Shown piece after piece: positions 1 to 8,069 of a DNA stretch of 32,000 nucleotides. A model generated the notes under the pieces. It was not told the DNA's origin. It saw nothing but the letters and a program-made list of their open reading frames with translations, and made no database searches. The stretch spans positions 321,953 through 353,952 of the forward strand of contig JBASWV010000006.1 in the NCBI GenBank assembly GCA_049276655.1, given 5' to 3'. The position numbers and the translations under genes were made by a program. The first letter of the stretch is position 1, and every line of letters starts with the position of its first letter. Origin of the DNA: Candidatus Nitrosotenuis sp. GTDB lineage: Archaea > Thermoproteota > Nitrososphaeria > Nitrososphaerales > Nitrosopumilaceae.

Positions 1-581
1 CCAGAGTTGAAGGGAGGATTTTGCTTGACGGCCAAGACCTCTACTCAAAGGATGTCGATCCTATATACCACAGGCGCAAAGTAGGCATGGTATTCCAAAA
101 GCCAAACCCCTTTCCCACAATGTCGATTTATGACAATGTCGCAGCTGGCCTGAAACTAAACGGCCTCAGAGACAAAAAGATCCTAGATGAGATAGTCGAG
201 GATTCGTTGAGAATGGCATACATCTGGGACGAGGTAAAAGACGATTTGAAAAAGCCGGCAATGGAGCTTTCTGGCGGCCAGCAGCAGCGAATCTGTATTG
301 CGCGCGCCCTTGCTATCCAGCCGGAGGTTCTCCTAATGGATGAGCCAGCGTCGGCGCTGGACCCGATTGCGACCCAGAAAATCGAAGAAACGATCACAGA
401 GCTTGCAAAAGAGTTCACAATAATCATAGTAACGCACAACATGCAGCAGGCAGTACGGGTTTCTGACTATACTGCGTTTATGTACCTTGGAGACTTGATA
501 GAATTTGACGAGACACGAAAGCTGTTCACGCAGCCAAAAAACGAGCTGACTGCAAAATACGTAAAGGGGCAGTTTGGATAA
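1..581 (+). CDS. pstB: Phosphate ABC transporter ATP-binding protein PstB (5' end outside window)
   Basis: Frame is open to position 1. Translation shows the ABC signature LSGGQQQR, Walker [12 protein letters not shown] and H-loop VTHNM. phoU follows directly, as in pst operons. Confidence 0.9.
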   Translation, partial: RVEGRILLDGQDLYSKDVDPIYHRRKVGMVFQKPNPFPTMSIYDNVAAGLKLNGLRDKKILDEIVEDSLRMAYIWDEVKDDLKKPAMELSGGQQQRICIARALAIQPEVLLMDEPASALDPIATQKIEETITELAKEFTIIIVTHNMQQAVRVSDYTAFMYLGDLIEFDETRKLFTQPKNELTAKYVKGQFG

Positions 582-582
582 A

Positions 583-1233
583 ATGACGCGCCTCATCGAT
601 CCGTCCCTTAGAAAGCTTTCTTTGATAATGTCTGAAATGGGTGAACTTTCCTTACAATCGTTTGTGCTTGCCATAGACTCTTACATTTATGGGAAAAACA
701 CCGTAAATGAGGTTCGCGACATTTCAAACGAGATTTCAAAAAAATACTTTCAGGTTGCGGATTTGACGTTTGAGATTTTGTTGAAATATCAGCCAGTGGC
801 AGATGATTTCAGGCTGATTCGTTCATCAATAGAAATTTCTTATGGCTTTTCTAGGTTTGGTAGATACGCGTACGATATCACTCAGGTCAGAGATATGTTC
901 GGAGACATTTCCGAATGCGACAAGAGTTGGCTTGTCGAAGCCTCAAATAAGGTAAAGGCCATGATCAAGGATTCTGTGATATATTTTGCAGAGCTTGACA
1001 TCAGAAAAGCCATCACCATACAGCAAAATGAGGAGTTTGTCGACAGACTCTACAAGGAACGCCTTCCCATGTTAATTAACTCAAACAATACCAAGTGTGC
1101 CCTTGCTGAAGCCCTAGTATTGCGTTATCTTGAGAGAATAGCTGATCATGCCATATTCATGAGTGATGCAATCAATTATATAATAACTGGAAAACACAAG
1201 TTAGCAAAACAGTTTTTGACAAATGACTTGTAG
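583..1233 (+). CDS. phoU: Phosphate uptake regulator PhoU
   Basis: ATG 583 (TTG 574 is an alternative) sits at the pstB stop (579-581). Two PhoU-type repeats are present: QPVADDFRLIRSSIEISYGFSRFGRYAYDI and LRYLERIADHAIFMSDAI. Confidence 0.8.
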   Translation: MTRLIDPSLRKLSLIMSEMGELSLQSFVLAIDSYIYGKNTVNEVRDISNEISKKYFQVADLTFEILLKYQPVADDFRLIRSSIEISYGFSRFGRYAYDITQVRDMFGDISECDKSWLVEASNKVKAMIKDSVIYFAELDIRKAITIQQNEEFVDRLYKERLPMLINSNNTKCALAEALVLRYLERIADHAIFMSDAINYIITGKHKLAKQFLTNDL

Positions 1234-1310
1234 GCATACTACAGAGGCCACGTATTCATCAGAAAACTATTTTAGAAAACGTCTTTAATTTTTGAACCAC
1301 ATTACTTGTG

Positions 1311-1484
1311 TTGCCAGATGAAAGTTGTAGGAAATGTGGTGGAAGTTTGATCGATTATGCACGCTGTACTGAATGCAAGGGCATTCTACTTAAGATGTGC
1401 AAAAGATGTTGCAGTGTCATAATTCAGAACAGTCATGTAGAGTGTAGATTTTTTGATACCGGCGGATTCTCGATTACAAATTAA
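1311..1484 (+). CDS. Small Cys-rich zinc-ribbon-like protein (57 codons, below ORF-track cutoff)
   Basis: TTG 1311 (or in-frame GTG 1308) to TAA 1482-1484. Product is PDESCRKCGGSLIDYARCTECKGILLKMCKRCCSVIIQNSHVECRFFDTGGFSITN. Cys pattern is CxxC-x9-CxxC-x7-CxxCC-x10-C. It fills an otherwise empty 280-bp gap. Confidence 0.3.
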   Translation: MPDESCRKCGGSLIDYARCTECKGILLKMCKRCCSVIIQNSHVECRFFDTGGFSITN

Positions 1485-1511
1485 GTGGAGAGGACAAGAT
1501 CACAATCTAGA

Positions 1512-1793
1512 CTAGATTTCCTTAATGTAATTTGCAATGAATTCATAGAATAATGCAATTTTTGGCTGATCCAGCGCCATTGCGCCAGAGATCTTGCCGA
1601 GCTCCCGTTTTATTTTAAGCTGATCAGCCAAAATTTCTTCTAGTTCTGACCTGTCTTTTGTTTGAAGGCTCCTTACCAAAAAAGAGACCTGCGCCTCGAT
1701 TTTTCTTCTTAATTCGGAATCTGCAAGTGGACGCTTTTCAATTACTTGGCTGAAAGTAAAATTTTGCAGTACGATCATATTCAAATCAACCAT
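1512..1793 (-). CDS. Hypothetical small helical protein
   Basis: 93-codon ORF with an ATG start and charged, coiled-coil-like composition. No family recognised. Confidence 0.45.
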   Translation of the reverse strand: MVDLNMIVLQNFTFSQVIEKRPLADSELRRKIEAQVSFLVRSLQTKDRSELEEILADQLKIKRELGKISGAMALDQPKIALFYEFIANYIKEI

Positions 1794-1856
1794 GGATATT
1801 TTTTTTAAAGTTGATTTTATAAAATTATTCTAAAATTTCAAATTTGGGTAAATGCC

Positions 1857-2348
1857 TCAGAGCACTTCGGATGGCGTGTATTGTTTTTTGCCAATTCTGG
1901 CTAGTCTTTTTAATGCGCATGCAGCCGTTTCACTCACATAAGAAACTGGATCCTTTAGGGCTTGGTACATTGCGTCTTTTGATTCATGTGCCCTCATCAA
2001 GGCCAGGCACTCCAATGCTTCATGTCTAGCAATTGCGCTTTTGTCATTTAAGGCGGTATTGATGAGAGCGGGGATCTTTTTTCTCATATCTCTCGCTGCA
2101 ATTTGAAAACACGCCTCATGTTTTATGATACCATTGTCGTCATTTTCTAAAATCCAAGACATTAGGTCTGCTACTTCGTCAAAAATTGGATCAGACGTAT
2201 TTTCATTTGCAATTTCACCTGCTAGATATACGGTGTCCCATCTTTTTGATTCATCGGCATCGCTCTTTATGATAGATATGCATCTTTGCAGTCGTTCCCT
2301 TGGGGGAAGTTTTCTGAGATCATCATCATCCAGTATATCAAGAACCAT
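1857..2348 (-). CDS. HEAT/PBS-lyase-like repeat protein
   Basis: ATG at 2348. Repeated helical hairpins carry HEAT-like signatures (IIKHEACFQIAARD, IARHEALECLALM, VSETAACALKRL). Confidence 0.6.
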   Translation of the reverse strand: MVLDILDDDDLRKLPPRERLQRCISIIKSDADESKRWDTVYLAGEIANENTSDPIFDEVADLMSWILENDDNGIIKHEACFQIAARDMRKKIPALINTALNDKSAIARHEALECLALMRAHESKDAMYQALKDPVSYVSETAACALKRLARIGKKQYTPSEVL

Positions 2349-2515
2349 GGTTGCAATAAAGAATGAACCGCTGTTAATATTTCACACGGTATCACGGTGA
2401 GTTTCACGCGGCCGGATTTGAGCGTGCGTAATTAGGTGAAGCGTAAATAACGCATGTAAAATCCACAGCGGATGATGCCATGATTTGAGTCATATTTAGA
2501 ACCATGATGGTAGGT

Positions 2516-2526
2516 GGGTCTAGTGG
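2516..2526. repeat. Degenerate copy of the tRNA-Lys att core (gggtctagtgg), proposed outermost and oldest att remnant
   Basis: 11 nt identical to the centre of the 18-bp repeat at 5425-5442 and 10251-10268. It lies at the transition from host-like genes to AT-rich mobile-type genes. Confidence 0.35.
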
Positions 2527-2658
2527 CGTACGCGGGGGCGGTCGGCGGCGGCGCGTCCTGTTTTTTGACCGTTTAGTTTGCTGGTGTTGCAAGTGCCGCA
2601 GTTGCTGTAACTACAACTGTAGTTGTTGGTGAAATGTCATTACACACTCAAACATGAG

Positions 2659-2689
2659 TAAATAGTTATACTATTAGTATAACTATTTA
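2659..2689. promoter_or_regulatory. Perfect 31-bp palindrome (14-bp arms, 3-nt spacer), putative operator upstream of the wHTH gene
   Basis: TAAATAGTTATACT-ATT-AGTATAACTATTTA, verified base by base. Lies 38-68 bp upstream of ATG 2727. Confidence 0.5.
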
Positions 2690-2690
2690 A

Positions 2691-2717
2691 ATTAGTTATA
2701 TCAATAGTATAACTAAT
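2691..2717. promoter_or_regulatory. Second palindrome with the same half-site (10-bp arms, 7-nt spacer)
   Basis: ATTAGTTATA-TCAATAG-TATAACTAAT. It shares the TAGTTATA / AGTATAACT half-sites with the first palindrome at a 30-bp register and ends 10 bp before ATG 2727. Confidence 0.5.
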
Positions 2718-2726
2718 AGTGATATT

Positions 2727-3653
2727 ATGAGATGGGTTCCATCATGGTTAGCAAAATCCTGTGCTATAATGTATGTTGAGAAAGGGACGGCATGGTTTAG
2801 TTTTGCTGAAGCGAAAACTATTCTGGATATAAAAGAAAATAGCGTATTGTCGCTTCGTTTGACGAAACTCGAAGAATCTGGATTTCTGGTTGCTAAAAGG
2901 GATGCAATAGACAGGAGGAAAAAGTATTTCAGAGCTCTGAATCCCAATGATGTATTTTTTTCATATGGCATAGTATCGCTTTCTCAAACTAAAGATGTCA
3001 TGCAACGTCTGGTTATTGCATCAAAGAAAATTACATTTGTTATAGGAGGAGCTTATGCAGCATACGTTCATAGTGGATATTCAGTTCCGGGAAAAATCGA
3101 CATTTATATCAAGAACGAAGATCTGGATAGGTGCATATCTCTCCTTTCCGATAAGTTAACCGCTGTTTCAGTTGACGATATGCTAGCAGAAAAAATCAGA
3201 CAAACAAACTTCCATCTTCATTCAGCACTGACTGAAGAAATGTTAGAAGAGTTTGTAATCGTGGAAGGAATAAGGTATGAATCGCCTGAAAATCTAATAA
3301 TAAATGGATTAAAAGAGCAGTCTGATTTTTCTCTTACAGATTCCCTTTCAATATTGATTAAGAAAAGAAAAGATATTGATTTCAATAAAGTTTTGAAGAC
3401 TGCAAAGACTGAGATGTTAGAAAGAGAATTGGGTGCATCTCTAGAATTACTAAATCATGAAGCCAAGAAAAAGATCTTTAGCGACGAAACAATACGTAAG
3501 ATTCGCTCAAAAGTAGATTTGTCGAGAGAAAAGACTTTTCCCAAACACAAAAAAGAAAACGATGATTATCCCCACATAGGAGAAAAATGGAACCTACAGA
3601 TTACTTTGCCAAGGGCTTTTGTATCCAAGATCATTACTGATTTGGTGAGATGA
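2727..3653 (+). CDS. Winged-helix DNA-binding domain fused to a degenerate nucleotidyltransferase-fold domain (AbiEi-like position)
   Basis: N-terminus is MarR-like wHTH (LSLRLTKLEESGFLVAKRDAIDRRKKYFRAL). It is followed by ITFVIGGAYAAYVHSGYSVPGKIDIYI, a GG...DxD-type NTase motif with the second Asp replaced (DIY). Confidence 0.6.
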   Translation: MRWVPSWLAKSCAIMYVEKGTAWFSFAEAKTILDIKENSVLSLRLTKLEESGFLVAKRDAIDRRKKYFRALNPNDVFFSYGIVSLSQTKDVMQRLVIASKKITFVIGGAYAAYVHSGYSVPGKIDIYIKNEDLDRCISLLSDKLTAVSVDDMLAEKIRQTNFHLHSALTEEMLEEFVIVEGIRYESPENLIINGLKEQSDFSLTDSLSILIKKRKDIDFNKVLKTAKTEMLERELGASLELLNHEAKKKIFSDETIRKIRSKVDLSREKTFPKHKKENDDYPHIGEKWNLQITLPRAFVSKIITDLVR

Positions 3654-4390
3654 ATGGCCAACCCGAAACCAGAAGATGTTGAGCGTGAGAGCCTCAAAGA
3701 CCTCAAAATCATTATAGAAAAGGCGAAGAAATGGAGGGTTGAGACGGTAGTAATAGGAGGTTACGCAGTAAGGGCCTTACGAATGCCTACAGACATACAA
3801 AAGACATCGATATGGCTGTGGCAAAAGAGGAAAAGGGGAAATTTACTGCCCTTCTTAAAGGACTTGATTACGAGTTACGAGACACTGAATTCGGCCTTGC
3901 GGCAAGCAAAAAGTTCGACTCGGACTTTATAGATGTGCACATTAGCGTTGGAAAAATATATGATATTTCTACGGGCAATTCTTATCCCATTACAAAACAA
4001 TTATTCGATGAAAAGAATGATTTGCTGGTACGGTCTAGATATGATGACAATGGAAAGTTTGATACAACTGCACCAATAGTTGATTTGAATACTCTGATAA
4101 TACTCAAACTTATTCCAAAGGGAAGGCCTGAAAAGGATGCCATAGATATCAGTTCTTTGATTTTGGATCAGCGAGAGAGAATAGACATTTCAAAAATTGT
4201 AAAACAATGCAAAGAAACAAGACTCACTGATCACATACGATCTCAGATTCAAGAGTTTGCAAAAAAAGTAAACAACGGCAGTATGGATAGAGTATGGTCT
4301 GATGTTACGGGTGCAAGACTGGCTGGCGTTCAGAGACAAAGTATCCAGAAGTTTCTGAGAGAGTTAGACGGTAGCTTGAGAAATTCATAA
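3654..4390 (+). pseudogene. Nucleotidyltransferase-fold protein (AbiEii/DUF2204-like), split by a frameshift near 3771-3790
   Basis: ORF 3654-3932 gives ...VVIGGYAVRAL. ORF 3812-4390, read upstream in its own frame, gives YRHTKDIDMAVAKEE. Joined, they restore a GG-x-A...R-x-T-K-D-I-D NTase active site. The C-terminus has LIILKLIPKGRPEKDAIDISSL. Confidence 0.55.
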
Positions 4391-4460
4391 GGTATCTGAA
4401 CCCAAATGGGTCTGAGAACCGTCGGGCCCGCCATCTTTTAGGTATGAGCCCTGCTTATCT

Positions 4461-5423
4461 TTGCGAATTCAATATTTTATCATGAGTCAAAAGAAGTATC
4501 AGTATCTTCTAGAGGACAAAGACGTTAAACGATGGTATGAGAATAGGATGAGGGGTTCTTCTGTCACTGCGGATGTTTCTTTGAGGAGATTGGGTGCTTT
4601 TTGTGATGAAAATGACATAACGCCCACTAAACTCACAAAGATGGATGAAAAGGAGTTATTCGACCTTCTCTTGGATTTTGTTTCATCGTCTGAAAAGAAA
4701 GTCCATGCAGAAAGTTACATTTCGTCAATTATGAAGGCTATCAAATCTTGGTTAACGTTCAACCACAAAGAGATTAGAGGTAAGATCAAGATGCATGGGC
4801 AGGAGGATACTCCCTCTCTGAAGAATGAGAAGATTCCAAGTCAGGATGAACTAAAGAGAATACTACTTTCAGGTGATAAAAAGACAAGAGTTACTTGTGT
4901 TTTGATGGCCTATAGTGGAGTTCGTCCTGAAGTAATCGGGAATTATTATGGGAATGATGGACTTCGTGTCGGTGATCTTCCTGAAATTGAGATAAAGGAA
5001 GGCAAAGTTACGTTTGCCAAAACTCCGACGATGATAATTGTAAGAAATGAATTGAGTAAGACGAAGAATCAGTACATCACTTTCCTCAGTGAAGAAGGAT
5101 GCAGTTACTTGAAGGATTATCTTGAAGAGCGAATACTGGAAGGGGAGAAAATTGCTCCAGACGCTTTGATAACGGAAATGAAAAACGCGTTTCTGAGAAG
5201 CGAGGAGTTCCTTGATCTTGAAATCGAAACCGGACAAACACAGACGGAAAACATATCGAGGATAGAAGAGATTGTAACGTCATGTCTGATGAAGACGCAG
5301 GAAAGGTAGAAAGTTGCGACTCCGAAAGAAGTAGAACAACTAATCGAGGAAGGGTGGCAATATGTCGTGTTATTGCACAACGGAAAAGTCGTCGTCAAAA
5401 AACAGGACGCGCCGAAACCGTGA
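4461..5423 (+). pseudogene. Tyrosine-recombinase (integrase)-like gene, degenerate: in-frame TAG at 5307-5309, catalytic His/Tyr not identifiable
   Basis: Has a SAM-like N-terminal region, box I-like LMAYSGVRPEV, and SKTKNQYITFLSEEG (Lys hairpin). Only a weak box II (AFLRS) is present. TAG is followed in frame by KVATPKEVEQLIEEGWQYVVLLHNGKVVVKKQDAPKP, ending at TGA 5421-5423, 1 nt before the att core. Confidence 0.55.
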
Positions 5424-5424
5424 G

Positions 5425-5442
5425 AGCGGGTCTAGTGGGATT
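5425..5442. repeat. att core copy: 18-bp exact direct repeat of the tRNA-Lys 3' end
   Basis: agcgggtctagtgggatt is identical to 10251-10268. A further partial copy (cgggtctat) lies at 5460-5468. Confidence 0.65.
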
Positions 5443-5616
5443 ACCTTCCCCTGTGGGTTCGGGTCTATTAACGGCAGAGAGCCATTGTGGGGCTTAGAAT
5501 ACCACTATCAATTTTTTATCCATTAAGAATAAAAGATTTACATGCCGAAGGATTCCAGCAACTTATTCAAACAATTCATTACAATCTGTTTTGGTCTGTT
5601 CTGTTTCTTCTCTAAA

Positions 5617-5636
5617 CTGAACAATTTTTTGTTCAG
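5617..5636 (-). terminator. Hairpin downstream of gene 5667-6275
   Basis: CTGAACAA-TTTT-TTGTTCAG, a perfect 8-bp stem. Lies 30 nt past the stop. T-rich context. Confidence 0.3.
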
Positions 5637-5666
5637 GTTATCTTAATAGAAATAAAATAAAAGGGG

Positions 5667-6275
5667 TTATTTCCCTTGTTGCCCAGCAAACTCGCTGTTA
5701 ACACCATAAGGAAATTTTTCATTGTAGGCTTTGTCATCAATAATCTTGTACTTTCCAAACTCACCAAGTTTCACAAAGTAAGGATTAGAAATTCCAGGAA
5801 TGTTGCCTAATGCAGCATGTACAATTACCTCTTCCCCTTCCTCAAATGTTGCCTCAAAGGGTTGAATGTAGAATTTACCACCTTCTTTTATCGAGTCCAA
5901 GTATAAGGTGAAAACTTCTCCAGACTTTATCTTGCCCTTGTATGATTTTTCGACTAGAATCTCGACTGGTATTGAACCCTTCGTATTTCCAGCACTATCA
6001 GTCCATATTACTGGATCCCCAATACTGACGACCTTACCTTTTATGGTAATTATTACCTGAGCCTTGATGTCTTCGATATTGGTTGTGACAAGTGATATTT
6101 CGCCTGTTCCCTTTTGGAAAAGTGGATTGCTTTTTGAAATATCAGAGGGGATGTAAGGCGTTGGTGCATCTGCTAACATAAGCACGGCGTTGTAAGTATT
6201 TGGAGTAAACACTACAACTGCTGAAACAACAATAGCTGCTACTAACCCAAAAACCAAATAGTAATTTTTCTTCAT
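5667..6275 (-). CDS. Secreted or membrane-anchored hypothetical protein, co-oriented partner of the metzincin
   Basis: Hydrophobic N-terminal segment MKKNYYLVFGLVAAIVVSAVVVF followed by a beta-rich sequence. Its start lies 11 nt after the stop of the upstream gene. No family recognised. Confidence 0.55.
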   Translation of the reverse strand: MKKNYYLVFGLVAAIVVSAVVVFTPNTYNAVLMLADAPTPYIPSDISKSNPLFQKGTGEISLVTTNIEDIKAQVIITIKGKVVSIGDPVIWTDSAGNTKGSIPVEILVEKSYKGKIKSGEVFTLYLDSIKEGGKFYIQPFEATFEEGEEVIVHAALGNIPGISNPYFVKLGEFGKYKIIDDKAYNEKFPYGVNSEFAGQQGK

Positions 6276-6286
6276 TTCATTTACCT

Positions 6287-6904
6287 CTAGTATAGACCAT
6301 TGATTTGGTTTTTGTCGTCTATTTTTATGGCAGCATAGTCATTGCTACAGAAGCTTTTCATCATTGTATGTCCTGATGGAACAAGCCACTCATTGTTTGG
6401 ATGCTTAAGTCCAGCAAAGTGACCAAATTCATGATTCGCAATGAATCTTGGACTTACGTCTTGTCCTACAGTACATATGCTACTAGTGCTATAATTCTTG
6501 GCTCCATTATTATTGTACCATATTATCTTATACAAACTCGGCTGACCGACATTGAATGCCTGAGTAACACCATTGATGTTTGTATCTTGATAATATTGAG
6601 CACTTATTTGATTGTCGCCTGAATTACATACACTGTCAAATGCTATGTTGATGTCAGTGTTAGAATCCACATGCTGCCTTGCAACCTCAACTTCTGATTT
6701 TAATAAAGTGGCTTGGCCAGTTTGCCCATTTACCTTTACTGTTCCAAGAGCAGTCATTTGATAGCAAACAGACTTGTTTGCACTGCTAAATACATATTCA
6801 GTCGGAAGTGGGTGAGCTGCATAAGCACTGCTTGTAGAGATGCCCAACATGATGACAAATGTTGCTGCAAAGATTGTCTTTGTTTTGTTGTCGTACAAAG
6901 TCAT
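6287..6904 (-). CDS. Secreted zinc metalloprotease, metzincin (matrixin/M10-like)
   Basis: Signal-like N-terminus ending SSAYA. Carries the HEFGHFAGLKH motif (HExxHxxGxxH), a downstream Met-turn candidate GHTMM, and a C-terminal DDKNQINGLY resembling the matrixin DD..GI..LY ending. Confidence 0.7.
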   Translation of the reverse strand: MTLYDNKTKTIFAATFVIMLGISTSSAYAAHPLPTEYVFSSANKSVCYQMTALGTVKVNGQTGQATLLKSEVEVARQHVDSNTDINIAFDSVCNSGDNQISAQYYQDTNINGVTQAFNVGQPSLYKIIWYNNNGAKNYSTSSICTVGQDVSPRFIANHEFGHFAGLKHPNNEWLVPSGHTMMKSFCSNDYAAIKIDDKNQINGLY

Positions 6905-6951
6905 TGCTTTTTCCTACCTTCCTACGAATTAATAAGACGAACTCACAGTTA

Positions 6952-6972
6952 GTAGCTACGATCTGTAGCTAC
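6952..6972. promoter_or_regulatory. Two copies of the palindromic octamer GTAGCTAC, 13 bp apart, upstream of the metzincin gene
   Basis: GTAGCTAC at 6952-6959 and 6965-6972, plus a partial GTAGAT at 6978-6983. Lies 48-68 bp upstream of start 6904. Confidence 0.25.
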
Positions 6973-7010
6973 CGATTGTAGATAATGTTTATATCATTAG
7001 GATTTTTGTA

Positions 7011-7025
7011 CTGAAAATTTTTCAG
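7011..7025 (-). terminator. Inverted repeat downstream of the wHTH gene
   Basis: CTGAAAA-T-TTTTCAG, 50 nt past the stop of 7075-7371. Confidence 0.25.
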
Positions 7026-7074
7026 AAAATTAACTCGATTTGTTATTATGGATTTAAGCAATTTTGGGTACTAA

Positions 7075-7371
7075 TTACAAAACTTGTATAATAGATGAGT
7101 TTTTACGAATTTTTTCGTGGAATTTTAAAAGATGATCAAGTACTTCTCTGCCAGATTCTGTAAGGAAATACTCTTCGTCTTTTTCAATTGTTTTGCATTC
7201 CACATGCCCATTTTTAATTAATAGATCCATATGGCGCTCAAACGAGTGCCAGTTTGTTCTTGAGTAAAAATAAAGGCGTGTTTTTTTAATTGAATGGTGC
7301 GCGAACAGTGCATTTGTGAGCCTTACCATAATCTCCATGCCTATTTTTGATCTATTGGTTGCGTTTATCAT
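7075..7371 (-). CDS. Small winged-helix transcriptional regulator (HTH_45-like)
   Basis: 98 aa. Pattern HSIKKTRLYFYSRTNWHSFERHMDLLIKNGHVECKTIEKDEEYFLTESGREVLDHL matches small archaeal wHTH proteins. Confidence 0.6.
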   Translation of the reverse strand: MINATNRSKIGMEIMVRLTNALFAHHSIKKTRLYFYSRTNWHSFERHMDLLIKNGHVECKTIEKDEEYFLTESGREVLDHLLKFHEKIRKNSSIIQVL

Positions 7372-7653
7372 ATTATTTTCAGTTTCTTATCATTTCCAAG
7401 ACTGGTAACATGAATTCAGAAAATCAGTCTATAAAATGCTTGTGTATGTTTTCTCTTTTTACACTAGCTTTATGTAGATCAAAGGTAGGATTTAAGTATA
7501 GCACGTAATTCGTATTTATTTTATGTCTGATCCGTGGTACATTCTTCTATAACTTTCTTCAATGGAATCGTGATATAATCCTAAAGTACGAATATCGTCA
7601 TTTCCAATTCTGGCAGTTGGTATTTTTATAATAACCAAATCATCAAACGTTTG

Positions 7654-7935
7654 ATGGGCCTTCCAGTAAAGCAAGAAAAGCAAAGGAGCAAGAAAAGTAT
7701 CACTATAGAAAAGGGGATAGAGTCGGCCCTCAAAAAGATCCAGTCGCAGCTCATAATAAGCAGCGAGGGCTACTGGAGTCTCTCAAATGTGCTAAATATC
7801 GTGACTGCTGGAGGGTTAATTGCCTCAAAGAGGCTTGATCGGTCCGAATGGCAGAAGATAAGGGCTGCAGTGGAGCAAAAAAGGCTTGATTTTGACCACA
7901 AGGCAATCCAGGATTTGGCAAAAAAGATTGCTTGA
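7654..7935 (+). CDS. Hypothetical small protein, possibly ribbon-helix-helix
   Basis: ATG 7654 (TTG 7651 upstream). SITIEKGIESALKKIQSQLI looks like a beta-strand plus helix. Divergent from the wHTH gene. Confidence 0.4.
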   Translation: MGLPVKQEKQRSKKSITIEKGIESALKKIQSQLIISSEGYWSLSNVLNIVTAGGLIASKRLDRSEWQKIRAAVEQKRLDFDHKAIQDLAKKIA

Positions 7936-8069
7936 CATATTGATTTTTATCAGTTAACGACGGCATAAAGGCCTGTTCTGTTGACATAATGGATTCACTT
8001 TGAATAGACCACATCCTCGTCCCCATCCCCCTGCGTATAAATCTGACCGCTTATCTTCTTAGCATAACT

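Larger units (their letters stand above)
2527..5424. mobile_element. Integrated element A (older, decayed): wHTH-NTase pair plus degenerate integrase
   Basis: Bounded by the att-core copies at 2516-2526 and 5425-5442. The integrase-like gene reads into the right-hand core. AT-rich by eye. Two of its genes are disrupted. Confidence 0.5.

Noticed and set aside
2472-2509. Two ATGATG boxes 32 nt apart, suggestive of C and C' boxes of a C/D box sRNA.
   Set aside because: No CTGA D or D' boxes occur at the required spacing on either strand.
2404-2592. 62-codon minus-strand ORF, Arg/Pro-rich.
   Set aside because: The low-complexity product comes from a short GC-rich tract. It spans the proposed att remnant and has no plausible protein character.
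5307-5309. The in-frame TAG in the integrase-like gene could encode pyrrolysine or be a programmed readthrough site.
   Set aside because: There is no evidence for Pyl machinery in this lineage or window. The gene also lacks catalytic residues, so pseudogenisation is the simpler reading.
5443-5470. ctgtgggttcgggtctatt looked like a second, inverted tRNA T-arm/acceptor fragment.
   Set aside because: It cannot be folded into any tRNA arm. The gggtcta match is the same core as the att site (the acceptor strands are complementary), so it is reported only as a partial att-core copy.
5282-5497. 71-codon plus-strand ORF running across the att core.
   Set aside because: It is out of frame with the conserved integrase tail and gives an Arg/Gly-rich non-protein-like product. 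It is explained by the tail plus the att sequence.
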